DNA of 63,272 nucleotides, filler included, from Basidiobolus ranarum (Eukaryota), in the NCBI GenBank assembly GCA_040143965.1. It is 5 parts of 5 records of this genome, joined end to end, with 100 filler letters (N's around TTAATTAATTAA, not from the genome) between each part and the next. Parts side by side here need not be neighbours in the genome. Positions count along the whole stretch, not along the records: positions 25,388 to 37,968 come from JASJQH010000532.1; positions 38,069 to 50,639 come from JASJQH010000533.1; 3 more parts are not named here. The stretch is one strand, 5' to 3'. Shown here one piece after another: positions 26,433 through 38,160 of the stretch. Position 1 is the first letter of the stretch. The number at the start of each line of letters is the position of its first letter. The position numbers were made by a program, and so were the translations under genes. Below the pieces are notes generated by a model. It was not told the origin of the DNA. It worked only from the letters and a program-made list of their open reading frames with translations, and did no database searches.

Positions 26433-28583
26433 CTAATCGGAGATCTTAGTGAACTGAAGGTGCAAGTTTTTTGCTTTGAAAATCATCTCTGCCTCGAATT
26501 GAAGTCCACTCTCACCGGAACTGGTTTCGGGGAGTGTCAAATAATATCTGCGAACTAAAGAGGCATGAGGAATCCCAGAACTCTACAAATAGCATGCCAC
26601 TTAACTTACCTATCATGGATAATGCTATCTTCATCTCTGCCATGGCGAAACTTTTTCCGATACCTGGATATACACCTTGCTTAGCCTTCATGAATTTTGA
26701 CTTACTGCTTGCTTATCAACTTACATGTCCGGATCCCGTCAGAAAACGGACCCCACGAAGGGAGGTTCTTAACAGTGCCCTCGGGCGACAACCACCTGTC
26801 GGGCTTGAATAGGTTGGGCTCATCCCAATACTCTTCACACCGATGCATCGCGTAAAAATTCAGGTTTATCAGGGTTCCTTTGGGGATGGCTATGTTCCCG
26901 ATTCTAGTATTCTCGGCAGCAGCGTGGGTCAGTAGTATAGGTGTGGGTGGATATAGGCGCAGCGTTTCTTTAATAATGGCCTCTAGATAGTGTAATGCTA
27001 AAAAAAAGGTTAGATCACTGAGCTCTCAGTTAGAGTCACTGAATCCTACATTTAATCTGATCAGAGGAAGGAATATCGACGGTGGAGGTATGTCCCTCAA
27101 AGATACTGTTGATCTCCTCCCTAGCTTTGGTCTGTATCTCTGATTGCTCCGCCAAAAGATATAAGGCACATGAGAGGGTATTTGCGGTGGTGTCTACGAA
27201 TAATTGGTTATCGAAGTTCATACACTTATGAGTGCAATGAATCATTACCGTGGCCTGCAATGATCAGAGTAACCATTTCGTCCTGAAATTGATCCTGTTA
27301 GTCTGACTATCTAAAATCACGAACGCTAATATCCCTACGATGATCTCCTCAAATGTGAGGCGTTTATCGAGCCATGACTGTACAAGCACAGTTAGTAGAT
27401 CAGAGGGGATTTTTTCTGGATCATTTAGCTGATTTTCAATCTCCTTCGACTTTGCTATTGCCAAGGTGCCCAACAAATCTCGGAATTCCTTTACTGCCAG
27501 ATGCCCCTTGGTTCTACCTGGCGTTGGGAATCGGTCCAGAATTGGGATGGCGATGTAGAGGACATTGAAGGCAGCTTTTATTGCTTTGAAGTACGTGGAG
27601 ATATACTCACCCTCAGGTTTGCGAAGAGCCTATACATGCGAAATATATAAGATTCGATCAAGCAATTGGAATTTCCAACATTACCTCAAAGTGGAAGCCA
27701 AACAAGACCTTCCCTAAGGTGTCCAGAGTCATTCTAGAGGGGTATGATTCAGTCAAAAGCCTTTCCAGTTGTTATAAATATGTACTTACAACTCCATAAT
27801 GTGGTATAGATCAGGTACAGATTCCATGGAATCCACACACTCAAAGAAATCCAATACTGAGGAAGAAAACCGGTCTGGTTCCCAACCCATTCGAAATTGT
27901 TGATTGATTACATCTCGACGTAGTCTCCAATCCTTGGAGAATATTGATTATTGGCTTGCCGTAACCTGGGAAAACTGACAAAAGTAGATTACCTTGCCAT
28001 TACTTCACATGGGTTAGATTATTACTAGGGGGAAGGAATACGCAGTCGTCTTACCTAAATACAATGTTGTTTCCCAGAAGCTTATTGACAAGAGCATGCG
28101 GAGCAGTCAAAATCGGAATCTTCGGAAACATTTCTACAAACATGAATTCAGACAAACTACGCAACAACAAGCGATACGATATATAGCTACTGGTATTGGT
28201 CAATACATGCTTGAAATATTCTACTTTGGACACCTAAACAATGGGTTACCAAGTTATACATTAGGACCATTCATAACATAAGGCAATACCAGCAATCCGG
28301 CATTTCCTTTGATATAGGTCTAAACGCATTCATGTGGGTTAGCTCCGAAAGGTGTTTGCAAAGGTACAATACTGTGACGGAATACCTTGGCAATCCCTCC
28401 AGGGTTCATAGGGGACAAATAACACTGATCTAAAATCTTTGCTATGTCTACACCAGTAAACAAAAGGTAGGCTGCGGATAGGTCTGGGGTTGATGGTAAC
28501 CGATCAAATTCACTAGACCTGCTCTTCCGGTATTTAACAAAGACTCCTGCGAAAACGATGAAGATTATTGAAAGCAGCCACAT
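26433..28583 (-). CDS. Cytochrome P450 (intact, ~12 exons)
   Basis: Manual splicing gives an N-terminal TM (MWLLSIIFIVFAGVF), I-helix AGHDTT, K-helix KETLR, FKPDRW and heme motif FSDGIRTCIG; stop at 26433. No frameshift is needed. Confidence 0.9.
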
Positions 28584-29481
28584 TGTTAGTATCAAGTATC
28601 AATGACACGAAGCGGCTTTTTGAACAGATTTTGTTTGCAAACCTCATGCAACTCCTAATAAATAACTAATCGGCCTAGGAGCTACGTCCTTATCCTACCT
28701 AATGTTGAATATACGCAGGATATAGAATGTCGAGCTTAATCCCTGTTGAGGATGAAGTACCTCGCATGATGATGGGTAGTGATTTAATAGACAATTGAGT
28801 TAATAGAATAAATCCTAAAAAGGAGAGAATTGTATACCGATTCAGGGGAGTGGATTTTATGCTGGTTTAGAGCTTACTCATGAGTGAAGCATATCATCAA
28901 GATGTACGCACAGCATCAAATAAACACTTGGTAGATATTGGCAGCATTAATAGTCAAGTCTTACAATAAGTTGACCATATTTTGAACTATGAAGACATTG
29001 ATTCCGCATCGTATCATACACTTAAATCAACAGACAAGGAAAAATGCTTTAATAAAATACCGAATATTATATTCTTGACATCTGATAAGTTAGTACAATC
29101 AAAAAATCTGTAGCCTGGGCCTTTCCAAACCAAGCTTTGATCATGGCTTTTTTTATTAGGAGGCACCAAGTTTCTTTATTCATTGCAAATGGTTAAGCTT
29201 TGGGCAAGAAGAGTAGTGTTATTACTGCAAGAAAACATGACTTCGTAAAATGAGAAGCTGGAGATGCTACAGGCAATGTACTCCCAATACCATATGAGTT
29301 ACTTTGGATGAGCTTTGCATACAGAAGGGGGGAGAATAACACTAGGGGGGTTTATTCAGGGCCTGGGAAAAACTTGGTGAGCAATGGCATAACATCACAG
29401 TAGCATACGGGGATAACAAATTGAGCAAGGTGACTTCAGAGTATTGGAAAACTCCGATAGGTTCCCAAACTCTCCAAATCG

Positions 29482-29548
29482 GACTCTACATTCTTCATTT
29501 TAATAATGTCATTAGACTCTAAATTCTTCATTTTAATAATGTCATTAA
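29482..29548. repeat. 33-bp direct tandem duplication
   Basis: gactctacattcttcattttaataatgtcatta / gactctaaattcttcattttaataatgtcatta. Confidence 0.8.
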
Positions 29549-29708
29549 TTAGTAGTAAAGGTGTTGCTTGAGACATGCGGAATACCTTGCAAATTCCAAA
29601 TTATTTTTAATAAAAACCCTTCGAAATTGCAGCTGATGAATCACTGCATTTTTTATTTAGAACAAAACACAAATGGTAACATTGCCTCTCTACTCAACTA
29701 ATGCATAT

Positions 29709-32108
29709 CTATGTAGATTCTACAATATTCTGAACGTCTTTCGCTATCATCTTGAATGGTGACAACAGTGTTTCGACTAAAAAGAATGAAGTCACACCAT
29801 TTAAAGCTTGCAAAGCTGCGGTGTCACTAATATCTGTCAGCCAAGTAATACAATCCACATAGCAATTATACCGGTACACAACTTCTTTATCAATAGTTTC
29901 TAAGGATATCGCTGGGTAGAGCCTTGGTACTAGTACTGGAACAACCGCTTCTAAGGCACTGAGTAAGGCTTTGCTGGAGCACACATGACAGTCCATTGCT
30001 TGAACACAATGAACGAGCGTAAACAATGACCACATTAGTTCCAACAGGTTTTGGATGGACAAAGCCTTGTTCGAGCTGCACAACAGAAGGACTTTCGTTT
30101 TTTCGCGTAATTGTGTATCAGGACTAGTCTCGCATGCTCTTAATAGGAAAGTAGACACCAGCTCATCTATATTGAAGTCATCCACTTCACCTTGCACATC
30201 CCATTTATCGTTGTGAAAGAGTGTACCCGAGCGTGGCACGAATATCTTCATGTCGTATATTTCCCCTAGACTGCCGCATTCGAAATAATGACGTTGTTTG
30301 GTATTCCAATATATATCCATCACTTGCAAAAGTGTGGTAAACCGCGGGTTGAGTGCATAGTATACACAGCAGCTCATCTCGTAGCGTACAGCATACAGAT
30401 GTATAGCACAGGGCTTGTCGCATCTAGTCAGTAATCTAACACTGTCGCATGTTGCTTTCGCATACATGACCAAATGGTTGATATCTGATGCCATCACCAA
30501 TGCCGCTTCATTCATCATCTCTTTGCAAGAGATGTCACTCACAAGATCTATTATATCGTCATATCGATAACTGGTTAGATAGCAGTTCATACTGAAGTGA
30601 CAAGTATTAATGCACATCAGCGATCCCACATCTGTGTCCGTGCTTTTACCACCAGCTCTCAGATACCAGTCAATTGTCAATAGCGCATGCATTGCCACAT
30701 CACTTTGCCTCATCCTGCGATATTCACTTGGAGTAATCAGCCCGTCCGTATTCGCATGACCAGTATCAAAGCGTTTACCTTGAGAATTGTTATTGTATGC
30801 CATGCACATAAACGAGAAACCTAGCACCGCATACGTATATGAGTTTTCCGCAGTTAAAGTTGGAATAGCCAACGCGCCAGACTGAGAGCAGAAATCAGAT
30901 ACATACTTGCTATTTGTTTCATCTAGGCTACCGATATAGTCAGCGGCAAGTGTAAACATGGCCATATCTCCAGCCATGAGTATATGCGCATTGGTTGTGT
31001 AGTAACAGGATAGCAGTCGTATAATCATGCACCATGCTGTTTTAATCGCGGATGAGAAGTCAGTTGTGCGCCCTTCCTCACCCTTGATGACCCCTTGGCA
31101 ATACTTCTCACCGAGTTTCTCAACCAAGTACTCTGACTCGTGACTTCTCATGGCCTCGAAGTGCATATTTTCGGCCAGTGCCGCCATCTGCTTTGAGCGG
31201 GAGTGCCGGAAGTTGACTGGCTGTAGCCTGGCCGGAGCAACCGTCTCATACATGCGGATCAAAGATTCGTCCAGTACAGCTCGATGGGCAGTATTCTTGG
31301 CATTATGTAACTTATTGGATAGGGCGACAAAAGCACTACCATAGAAACCATTGTTCATCCCGTCAAGGTCTCCGCTTCGAATACTTTTCATCACCTGGTT
31401 GATCCAGGATACGCGTTCTGATAGGGATTCCATGTTGAAATGTGGGCATGGTACATCGACATCAGTCAATATTCCTTCATCGCACAATATGATGGCAGTC
31501 TGAATCTTAGTTATAAAGTCAGCAGTACTGCAATGGGAACATGCCTGTAAACCGTGTAAATTGCACGCATGCCGATCCACTCTCACACTTTTAAGTTTCT
31601 TCGAGGGGAGCAGGCAGAGGTCCAGATATTTGTTACTAGCATTGTGATCAATGTGGAACAGGTCGTCATCGGCAGCCATAAAGCATTTCGCAACGCTAGG
31701 AGATACATCCTTTTCCGAGTTTTGCTTTACCAGGATGATGTCAGCAATGTCTTCGCGCGATAGGACGATTCGTATATCTCCATTTCCAGTAGAGGAGTAC
31801 AGGCCAGTTGAGTCTAGTTGCGAGTTATTTAATGGAAGTTTAGGACCGGTTTTGAGGTAATTACTAATCAAGCTTCTTAAGGGACTTGAGTCGATGTGCC
31901 CGCTGCCATCAGCACTCCCCACAGGCATTGGTGATTTGGTAAATGGTGTCTTGAGTATTTCTGATTGTGCCAAATATTTCCGTAGGTGACGATCGTGCGC
32001 GGAACAGATACGACACTCGCGACAAACAGGGTTCCTTTGTAGCTTATCCGGTGTACCTTCCTGCCCTACAGAGCACTTGTGATGTGACAGCTTCTGGAAA
32101 TCGTACAT
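29709..32108 (-). CDS. 799-aa intronless protein; putative divergent class I terpene-synthase-fold domain with Cys-rich extensions
   Basis: Long clean ORF with PSEYRRMRQSD, YDDIIDLVSDxxxxExxN and YYALNPRF in terpene-synthase-like order and spacing. The function is inferred. Confidence 0.6.
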   Translation of the reverse strand: MYDFQKLSHHKCSVGQEGTPDKLQRNPVCRECRICSAHDRHLRKYLAQSEILKTPFTKSPMPVGSADGSGHIDSSPLRSLISNYLKTGPKLPLNNSQLDSTGLYSSTGNGDIRIVLSREDIADIILVKQNSEKDVSPSVAKCFMAADDDLFHIDHNASNKYLDLCLLPSKKLKSVRVDRHACNLHGLQACSHCSTADFITKIQTAIILCDEGILTDVDVPCPHFNMESLSERVSWINQVMKSIRSGDLDGMNNGFYGSAFVALSNKLHNAKNTAHRAVLDESLIRMYETVAPARLQPVNFRHSRSKQMAALAENMHFEAMRSHESEYLVEKLGEKYCQGVIKGEEGRTTDFSSAIKTAWCMIIRLLSCYYTTNAHILMAGDMAMFTLAADYIGSLDETNSKYVSDFCSQSGALAIPTLTAENSYTYAVLGFSFMCMAYNNNSQGKRFDTGHANTDGLITPSEYRRMRQSDVAMHALLTIDWYLRAGGKSTDTDVGSLMCINTCHFSMNCYLTSYRYDDIIDLVSDISCKEMMNEAALVMASDINHLVMYAKATCDSVRLLTRCDKPCAIHLYAVRYEMSCCVYYALNPRFTTLLQVMDIYWNTKQRHYFECGSLGEIYDMKIFVPRSGTLFHNDKWDVQGEVDDFNIDELVSTFLLRACETSPDTQLREKTKVLLLCSSNKALSIQNLLELMWSLFTLVHCVQAMDCHVCSSKALLSALEAVVPVLVPRLYPAISLETIDKEVVYRYNCYVDCITWLTDISDTAALQALNGVTSFFLVETLLSPFKMIAKDVQNIVEST

Positions 32109-33649
32109 TGGCCGGAGTGAGCGGTCTTAATAGTAGATCGAAATAGAGGAAAAATGAATAAATATGAAGATCTGAACAAAGTGTCCGTGCCGAGGTGGCG
32201 GCTCTACTTATAATGCTCCCGTACCCAAAAAATCTATTTTATGAGGGGAAACCTGGGCATATTAGAAGGTTGTTTCCACGACCAAAGGACAAATTTCACA
32301 GAAAGTGCATATTATTGTTTCAACATAAGATGAAACATGTATGTATCTTTGACATTATGTAGGCTAAACATTATTAGTAATCACGGTGGAAATTACCAGC
32401 GCACGAATCATATTATACTCTTACCATGGATATAGGGGACCATAAGGCTCATACATAGTATACGGTATCCAAATTATTGATACTACGTTGTTTTCCGATG
32501 AAGTTTCAAGCATTTTGAAAAATATGACCAAACATATTCGCTAACAGTATTGTAGCCAGGCCTCTTATAATTGTAGTGTTTTGGCACAATATTAATTAAT
32601 TAAATGTACTTTGCTTATCATTCATTCTATGTCCACGTCAAAACCCCTATATCTTATCTTAATTATTATATTTTATGAATTAACTCAAAGTGTTTAAAAT
32701 ATGTTTACATGCACTAACTTTCAACTCTTTTTCTTATTTTGGCTGCATAATGGATATTAACTAAAATTAAAAAACAGCAACCTGCTGCAATCACTGGTAG
32801 TCTGCAATTATGTAGCATAGTTTGCATCCGCTAACCGCTGATACTACTACGGTGGCAGCAATGTTCATCCTCGGAATGTAATGAAATGTGGAAATGTTAG
32901 GTTCCCAATTTGCAGAACGTGAGTAGGAATCTACACTTTCACATGACGTATTGATCACCAGTAGATATTCTTGGCTTATGTGAAAGTGATGGCTTGGCAC
33001 AAAGTAAACTGATAATAATGAAAGCGCTGACTACAAGGGTATTCTGCTAACTTGAAAACTCTTGTAACTTGCTCTTCCAAGTACTCATGTTGATTCCATT
33101 ATGCCAACAATATCCACAACAGCATAGCACTTGTGAAAGGTTAGAATACTTAGCTTGCAACATGCTTTAGCTGTGTAATATTGGTATTTAACTGCTGGTA
33201 ATTAAGTCCTCTTTATGTCACAAATTTCCTTTATTTAACTTAACAATGTTGGTGAAGAAGCTATTGCACTATTAGGAGCTTTAATTTTTCTTTTGAATCA
33301 CACGTATACATAAATGTCTGTAAATAAAAATTACAATTTAACTTTTGAAAAACTCCTAAAAAGTGTGAGGAGTTCCTCAAATAGGACGATTTACTAAGTA
33401 GGTTTAGAGCTTCAACTGACTCAACTTAATGACTAATTCATATGCCCATTGGCCATTTGCTTTGCTACACCAATCAAAGAGTTTGCATTTGTCAACAGTT
33501 GGTTCATATTGTTTAACTATAGTAAACAAACTTTTAGATCATATCCTACTTCAGCTGAACTATAAGACCTGTGCCCGTGTATATCAGCATAATGTATGGT
33601 TATTTACTTCATAGAAGTAGAGAGAATCTATTTAGAGTAGCTCGATCTG

Positions 33650-34662
33650 TTAGTTACAAGCATTCCACTTGCAGTATTTACTGAACCACTGACAGCAGTT
33701 ATCAGCCTCAACAGTATCGCTTCTATAATATTCAGTGTCTGGATTAGTCGAGGTAACCATAGTGTTGGGAGGAGAATGAAGAGCTCTATTGTTCAAAATG
33801 CAGAGATAGAGAATAAATATAGATGGTGTATTTAGAACAACTCAAGTGATGGATAATGTGCTACCATCATTACTTGAATTCATGAAGATGATGGGTTATG
33901 TAAATCAAAAATCTTGCACTAGACATAAATAGATTCCTTCGATATCAAAAGAAGAGTTTCAAAATTTTTCGACATCTCAAGTAGCGCTTCTATCTGTTTC
34001 TCATCTGGATATATTCTAGATATATTCCAGTACTTCTATCTGATTTGGCTCTTGGTTTGTTTATTTGAATAATTCGTAAAGAGTTGAAGAATTGAAGCTA
34101 AGATATTACAGGCATATTATGTGAATTACTTCTATCATAAAGCGGTAATGACGCCTAAACACTTGTTATTTTGAATCTATGAAGGTGTTTACCTGTTGGT
34201 TCTCTAGCCAATGCTTATTACTTGAATGAATACCTCATGTCAAGTGAACTCTACTGATTAGTTGACTGAGCACTACAACATTATATATATGAAGTACTGA
34301 ATACAACACTTAGACACTAAACGCGCAAATCATTGTCTAACCTTGTTAACTTTACGACCATTCACAAGCTGACCATACAATCTATCGAACGCATCAACTC
34401 AACTAAAAAGATTAATCATGAATTGAATTTCGTTATCTCATTTCTTCTATTCAGGTAATGCTCGCTGAGGTAGAGTATTATCTAACTGGCACGTTAGATA
34501 TAAGGGTATAGCATCTGCTGAGCCTGAATCAGTTATTTTTTGTGCTTCACTAATATCAGTGCATTCTTTTTCACCACTGAACTAGTATTATTATTAGAGC
34601 TTTGTCCCTCGATAACAACTGCCACAGTAATAACGGCCAGGATTACGTGGTGAGAATTTCAT
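33650..34662 (-). pseudogene. Degenerate secreted-protein gene with a Cys-rich C-terminal segment
   Basis: ATG AAA TTC then a frameshifted signal-like HVILAVITVAVVIEG; in-frame stops downstream; final open segment ..EADNCCQWFSKYCKWNACN*. Confidence 0.4.
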
Positions 34663-35099
34663 GGTAGTTGGTTGATACGATACGAAATGGAAGATGGCAA
34701 CGGTTTATATATTGCTATATCTGTATCTAATAGAGAGACTGGGAACCAGTTTCAACGTTCGTGGTACCTGGAACGTTGAATATTGCGATCATTTCGTTTT
34801 GGAGCTGTGACATTGGTACTCTATTACCAATCTGAGCCATCAAAACACGCAACATGATGTGCTTAGTGGTTTATGTATAATTATGAACAGAACAGCAGGC
34901 TCGCTCTCAGAACTTCGAGAAGCAATCGGTAACGAAACAACTAGGTACAAGTTTCCGGATTTAATTAATTAGTATTTATATATTCCAGTTAATATACATC
35001 GTAGCACTGATCAACCACACTGCGATCCATATACAATTAATGTTACTTGAGTACTAAGTAAACCAATTCCAGATTTCTCATATTGCATCTGGAATATTC

Positions 35100-35823
35100 C
35101 CTCAAGTCCAGCTTCATGTGGTGGACTCTCCTATTAGGTGTACGCCGGTTGTGTTTGCATATTTAACAACCATGCTTGTGAAAAAAATCACTATCTACTC
35201 CAAAAATAACTAAATCTTCTAATAGTTTGTTAGGCCCCATCAGGTCAAGGGAACTTAACTCATAGCATAGTCTATACCGTATTTGCGCCGAGTAGCTCAG
35301 TATAACTGAAGCTGTTACTTTCATTACCCATGACAGATGGGAATGATTAATATTTGACTATGCAATTCTGCGTTGACCAAGTGGATTATTGAATGAACAT
35401 TCATCGCCTTCACTATAATGATCACCAGCTTTTTATCACAACAACTCTAACAGAAGTTGTTGTTGATCCAAAGTTAGCACGAATCGCGCAAGTAGCGTAT
35501 GAATAATCCACTCAGTTGTTAGTGTGCATCAACACTTGCATTCATACTTAAGTTAGGAACTTGGTACACTGATTTACGTCAAGCAAAGATGGGGATATAC
35601 TCAACCCAAGTAATCTAAGCCGCGAGCTGCTGAATTCAAGAAAGGGGGAGCGACCACCATGGCCTCTTTCTTACCTACGATCAAAGTAGAAACACTTGAT
35701 AAAGCATTCTCTGGTGAGCTGTAGTGGTAAATCTTTAACTTATGGCCGGAATTGTCCCCATGTGCTTCCACGTATGAACAGAGTAAGCATAGGATTGGAA
35801 GAGACAGAACAAGGAATCTCATG
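35100..35823 (-). pseudogene. Secreted metallo-beta-lactamase-fold protein, decayed
   Basis: Signal peptide MRFLVLSLPILCLLCSYVEA followed by SVSTLIVGKKEAMVVAPPF, typical of the first MBL strands, with the expected Asp replaced by Ala. Premature stop; no HxHxDH motif recovered downstream. Confidence 0.5.
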
Positions 35824-37285
35824 GTAGACAATATTCGATAGTCTATCTGTTTGCATCCATAGGCTTTATATGTATGACTATCTCGAACTCCAGGCTGACT
35901 AATTGCTCAGTCGTTTGTTTGTTATAGCATAGTAACTTACTGCTGACTAAACATCGAAAAGCCGGATGATTACCTCGAATAAGGAACAGTAACGCATCTA
36001 TAGTACATGCATCATGGTTAACAGAAAGAAATGTAGTGTAAGCGGGTAAGGTGTCTATACCAAGTAATAATTTATGCTCATTCTCAATAGAGAATGTCAA
36101 AATAGGAAGTTACTCTTATTTGAAAGTGATCGAATCTACTAGCTACACAAAACCAGAATTTCGGCATGAAACATAGTTAAGATTGGGTCAGTGTATGCAA
36201 CTAGATACCAAGCGCTTCATAAAATGAAAATTCCATATTAAGTCAAGTGATAAACACTCTTTATGATATCGTAAATGTAAATAATGAATGCATATTTAAA
36301 ATAAACATTTGAATGCTATGGCATATTTGAAGCTAACCAACAGTTTTTAGGCCTCTATCAGCTTCGCCATATTTCACTCTATTGCCAAACACCTTGTAGT
36401 AAAAATAGATCACCGATTCCCGAGGGGATGGATCTTTTGATGGTTTACAAAATATTGCGGGACAAAAATAAAACGAGTATCTGCGGTGGAATCTCTCAAT
36501 CTGTTCTCATCTACCACTACACAGCGGTAATTCTATTTGTTACTTTTAAGTCAGAATCTCTATATCTATAGCAATCATTCCTTCGATACTACATATGATC
36601 ACAAGTATTATGACTTTACTTGATGTGTTTTCTTGCTTCTAGATTATATTCAAGAAGGAAACTTAGACTGACAGTGAACTCAAACCGAAAACACAAAAAT
36701 AAAGGAGCAAGTTCCATGTGAAAACCTCATCTCTCTATAGCGCATGATAATGATTGTATCGTTAGAATCCAACTTCTATCGAATTCATTGTCCAAGGATT
36801 TTGTAATTTCAGGTATGAATTGAACTATATTGGCTAACGTGAATTTCCAAGTATTTGAATATCGATGGATTGTGTCCGCGGTAGCAAGCATTTGTAAATT
36901 GATACATGGATGAAACCTGTCTATGGTCGTTGTTGTATTTCGAACTTGTACCTGTTGTTACGAACTCTGGCTAATCGGATTAGGTGTTTACACTCTATCA
37001 CATTTTTTTATTATTCAAATCCCTATTCAGTCTTACTCGATGTTTGAGTCATTATCCATTGCATTTTGTTCATTCTCCTCTGAATAGTAATCACAAGCTT
37101 CATCTACCAAATAAGGTTTCTGTTCAAGGATTATCACGGTGAGTATCAATGGGCTAAGCTAAGGATTCCACCCGTTTAGAATATAGATGTAAAGTAGTAA
37201 TAAGATCATTTGCCGAGTACAGAATAGACTTTTATTATTATTCAATTTAGAAAACAATATACTACAGCCCAGAATTCTCGATAAT

Positions 37286-37650
37286 CTAATCATATTGGCG
37301 ACCAGAACCAGAGTGGTTCTGTTGGCCATTTCTGCGAGAGATTCCTCGTTCGTATTCGTTATTGTACTCGTCTTGTTCGTATTGACGGCCATAGCGAGAG
37401 CGAGGATAGTTTTGTTGACCGTTTCTGCCGGTCACACCACGTTCGTATTCGTTATCGTACTCGTCTTGCTCGTATTGACGGCCATAGCGAGAGCGAGGAT
37501 AGTTTTGTTGACCGTTTCTGCGAGACATACCACGTTCGTATTCATTATCATTATTGTTCGTATTGGCGGCCATAGCGAGAGTTATTTTTCTGATCACTTC
37601 TGCGAGTCAAACCTCTTTCGAAGCGGCTTTGTGATTGATGTTGGTTTTAC
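37286..37650 (-). repeat. 93-bp tandem coding repeat (31-aa hydrophilic unit NEYERGxxxRNGQQNYPRSRYGRQYEQDEYD)
   Basis: About 2.7 in-frame copies in ORF 37286-37597, plus a more diverged upstream copy in another frame. Confidence 0.8.
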
Positions 37651-37910
37651 AGGTTATCAAATGAATTGGTATTCAAGTATAGTGATATATTTACTTCCTA
37701 CTCCGTTATATAACAAGAAGTGGCTTAGAAAGCTGACACGTGAAGGCTAAGCCACCACATCCAAGGAGTAATTTTGAAATATTATTCGTATATTCTGGTA
37801 CAGATGGTCCTATTTCTAATACCTTCTCATTAGTATATAGTCATATTGCTCGTAACACATCATAGCATATGAAGGATTCATGATTGCCAACTTTTAGTTA
37901 ATCATTCATG

Positions 37911-37930
37911 ATATATATATATATATATAT
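37911..37930. repeat. (AT)n microsatellite
   Basis: About 10 AT units. Confidence 0.9.
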
Positions 37931-37968
37931 TATTTAACATTGATCGAGCACTAGGTATGGATTCAATG

Positions 37969-38068
37969 NNNNNNNNNNNNNNNNNNNNNNNNNNNNNNNN
38001 NNNNNNNNNNNNTTAATTAATTAANNNNNNNNNNNNNNNNNNNNNNNNNNNNNNNNNNNNNNNNNNNN
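37969..38068. other. Artificial contig spacer
   Basis: N44-TTAATTAATTAA-N44. Confidence 0.99.
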
Positions 38069-38160
38069 GTGTATGACAAGATGGGAACAGATGGACCCCC
38101 GACACTTCATATTTTATCTACAGTAGAGCTAACCCCCCCCCCCTTATTATCTGTATATAG

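Noticed and set aside
32700-33400. AT-rich, partly CpG-poor stretch upstream of the 799-aa gene, possibly a transposon relic
   Set aside because: No transposase/RT motif or terminal repeat could be identified.
37295-37750. 151-aa hydrophobic + strand ORF
   Set aside because: Antisense shadow of the minus-strand 93-bp hydrophilic repeat.
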